A stretch of DNA of 32,827 nucleotides, taken from contig JAKACF010000003.1 of assembly GCA_021821585.1 (NCBI GenBank), positions 1 to 32,827 on the forward strand, read 5' to 3'. Of the stretch, positions 31,867 through 32,827 are shown one piece after another. Below the pieces are notes generated by a model, which ran no database searches, was not told where the DNA came from, and saw only the letters and a program-made list of their open reading frames with translations. This stretch comes from Actinomycetes bacterium. Its GTDB lineage: Bacteria; Actinomycetota; Acidimicrobiia; Acidimicrobiales; Bog-793. The stretch's first letter is position 1, and every line of letters begins with the position of its first letter. A program made the position numbers and the translations under genes.

Positions 31867-32827
31867 TCAACCGGCCGAGCTGAACTCGGCCGTGCGGACC
31901 GGCTCGCCGAGGTAACCGCGGGCCACCATCGTGACGAACTGGTACACGCCGTCCTCCTGGCTCGAGAGCGGCCCGGGGAGGGCGCCCTTGGACGACAGCC
32001 CGCGCTGGACCGACTCGCAGGCGAGCCAGTCCTGACGGTTCGTGATGTCCCAGAAGTCGACGGCGAAGGCGGGGTCGAAGTCCTCGCGGGCGGCGTCCTC
32101 GGGGGCGAAGTGCCACTCGCAGACGATCTTCGTCCGGTCCGGGCCGAGCGGGGTGAGGACGTGGGTCATCACGTAGTCGGGGTGCAGGCTGACGAGCACG
32201 TTCGGGAACAGTCCGATGTAGTCGACGATGCGCCGCCGCCGCTCGTCGAGGCCACGCAGCGGAGAGGCACCCGTCGTGGTGTGGAGCGACATCGTGGCGT
32301 AGCCCTCCCGGATGTCCATCCAGCCCGCCACCCAGGCGCCCCGGCCGGGGTGGTAGTAGTTCTCGCCGCTGCGGGGCGGGCTGGCGGCGCACAGCTCGGG
32401 GTGGATGACCGGGCAGTGGTAGCACTCCTGGTAGTTCTCGGTCAGGATCTTCCAGTTGGCCGCCACGACGTACTCGTGGCGGCCCCGTGTCACCAGCCGT
32501 TCCGGCTCGTAGGGGGCGACGATCTCCTCCAGGCCGGCCACGTGCTCGGAGAAGGGCCCGGCGGCGCCTGCGGCGTCGACGAAGAGCAGGCCGTGCCACT
32601 CGGCGAGGGGGAGCTCGACGAGGCCGAACTCGAGTGGGTCGAAGTGGTCGTCCCCGTCGAAGTCGGGCGCCTTGCGCAGCCTGCCGTCCAGGCGGTACGA
32701 CCAGGCGTGGTAGGGGCAGAGCACGATCGGCCGGTTGACGGTGGCCGCCCCGCACGCCAACAGCTCATGGCCGCGGTGGCGGCAGGCGTTGACGAAGGCC
32801 CTCGCCCGGCCCTCCTGGTCCCGCATG
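31867..32827 (-). CDS. Rieske [2Fe-2S] non-haem-iron oxygenase alpha subunit (GbcA/Stc2/CntA-like); partial, N-terminus beyond the window end
   Basis: ORF 31867..32826. Rieske ligands appear in CRHRGHELL...CPYHAWSY. A catalytic-domain His pair appears in NYQECYHCPVIHPEL. The Met at 32826 is almost certainly internal, because a Rieske domain normally begins about 40-60 aa before the CxH. Confidence 0.85.
   Translation of the reverse strand, partial: MRDQEGRARAFVNACRHRGHELLACGAATVNRPIVLCPYHAWSYRLDGRLRKAPDFDGDDHFDPLEFGLVELPLAEWHGLLFVDAAGAAGPFSEHVAGLEEIVAPYEPERLVTRGRHEYVVAANWKILTENYQECYHCPVIHPELCAASPPRSGENYYHPGRGAWVAGWMDIREGYATMSLHTTTGASPLRGLDERRRRIVDYIGLFPNVLVSLHPDYVMTHVLTPLGPDRTKIVCEWHFAPEDAAREDFDPAFAVDFWDITNRQDWLACESVQRGLSSKGALPGPLSSQEDGVYQFVTMVARGYLGEPVRTAEFSSAG

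Noticed and set aside
1-32827. Looked for defence systems, toxin-antitoxin pairs, mobile elements, CRISPR arrays and RNA genes
   Set aside because: I saw no nuclease, helicase, methylase, integrase or transposase motifs, no spaced direct-repeat array, and no tRNA- or rRNA-like low-GC structured segments. The window looks like core or accessory metabolism and signalling rather than a mobile or defence island.

Overview
This is a very GC-rich (about 70% by eye) actinobacterial-type chromosomal segment with about 30 protein-coding genes. The taxonomic call rests on a mycothiol-dependent formaldehyde dehydrogenase homologue, DUF1918 and DUF3068 proteins and tandem WS/DGAT genes. I found no rRNA, tRNA, CRISPR array, transposase, integrase, phage gene or recognisable defence gene. 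Most long ORFs in the six-frame track are Arg/Pro/Gly-rich antisense or off-frame artefacts of the GC content. The window has three parts. (1) 1-11.7 kb holds signalling and stress genes: a PAS-PAS-GAF-HisKA_3 sensor kinase that is not in the ORF track because it runs off the window, two MFS transporters, a CBS-pair protein, an L,D-transpeptidase lipoprotein, DUF1918, an inositol-monophosphatase-family protein, a GAF-GAF-PP2C phosphatase, a CBS-BON protein and an MBL hydrolase. (2) 11.9-17.6 kb is a four-gene operon joined by ATGA/GTGA overlaps: DUF3068-like membrane protein, WS/DGAT, WS/DGAT, fatty-acyl-CoA ligase. It is followed by the convergent mycothiol-dependent dehydrogenase and a Thr-rich lipoprotein. 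(3) 19.6-32.8 kb is a putative amine/organic-acid catabolic island. It contains a class-III aminotransferase, a PotD/PotBC/PotA-like ABC importer, a TetR regulator, a CrtI/PYROXD2-like flavoprotein coupled to an ADP-forming acyl-CoA synthetase, a DUF861 cupin, an acyl-CoA dehydrogenase and a Rieske oxygenase truncated by the window end. The most interesting signal I can read directly is a ~21-bp element (consensus tAGACTGAAC-nnTC-AGTCAA; one copy is a perfect 16-bp palindrome). It occurs four times, each just upstream of one of the four forward transcription units of this island. This suggests a single TetR-controlled regulon for a pathway whose substrate I cannot name. All functional assignments come from motifs read in the translations; no database search was run.
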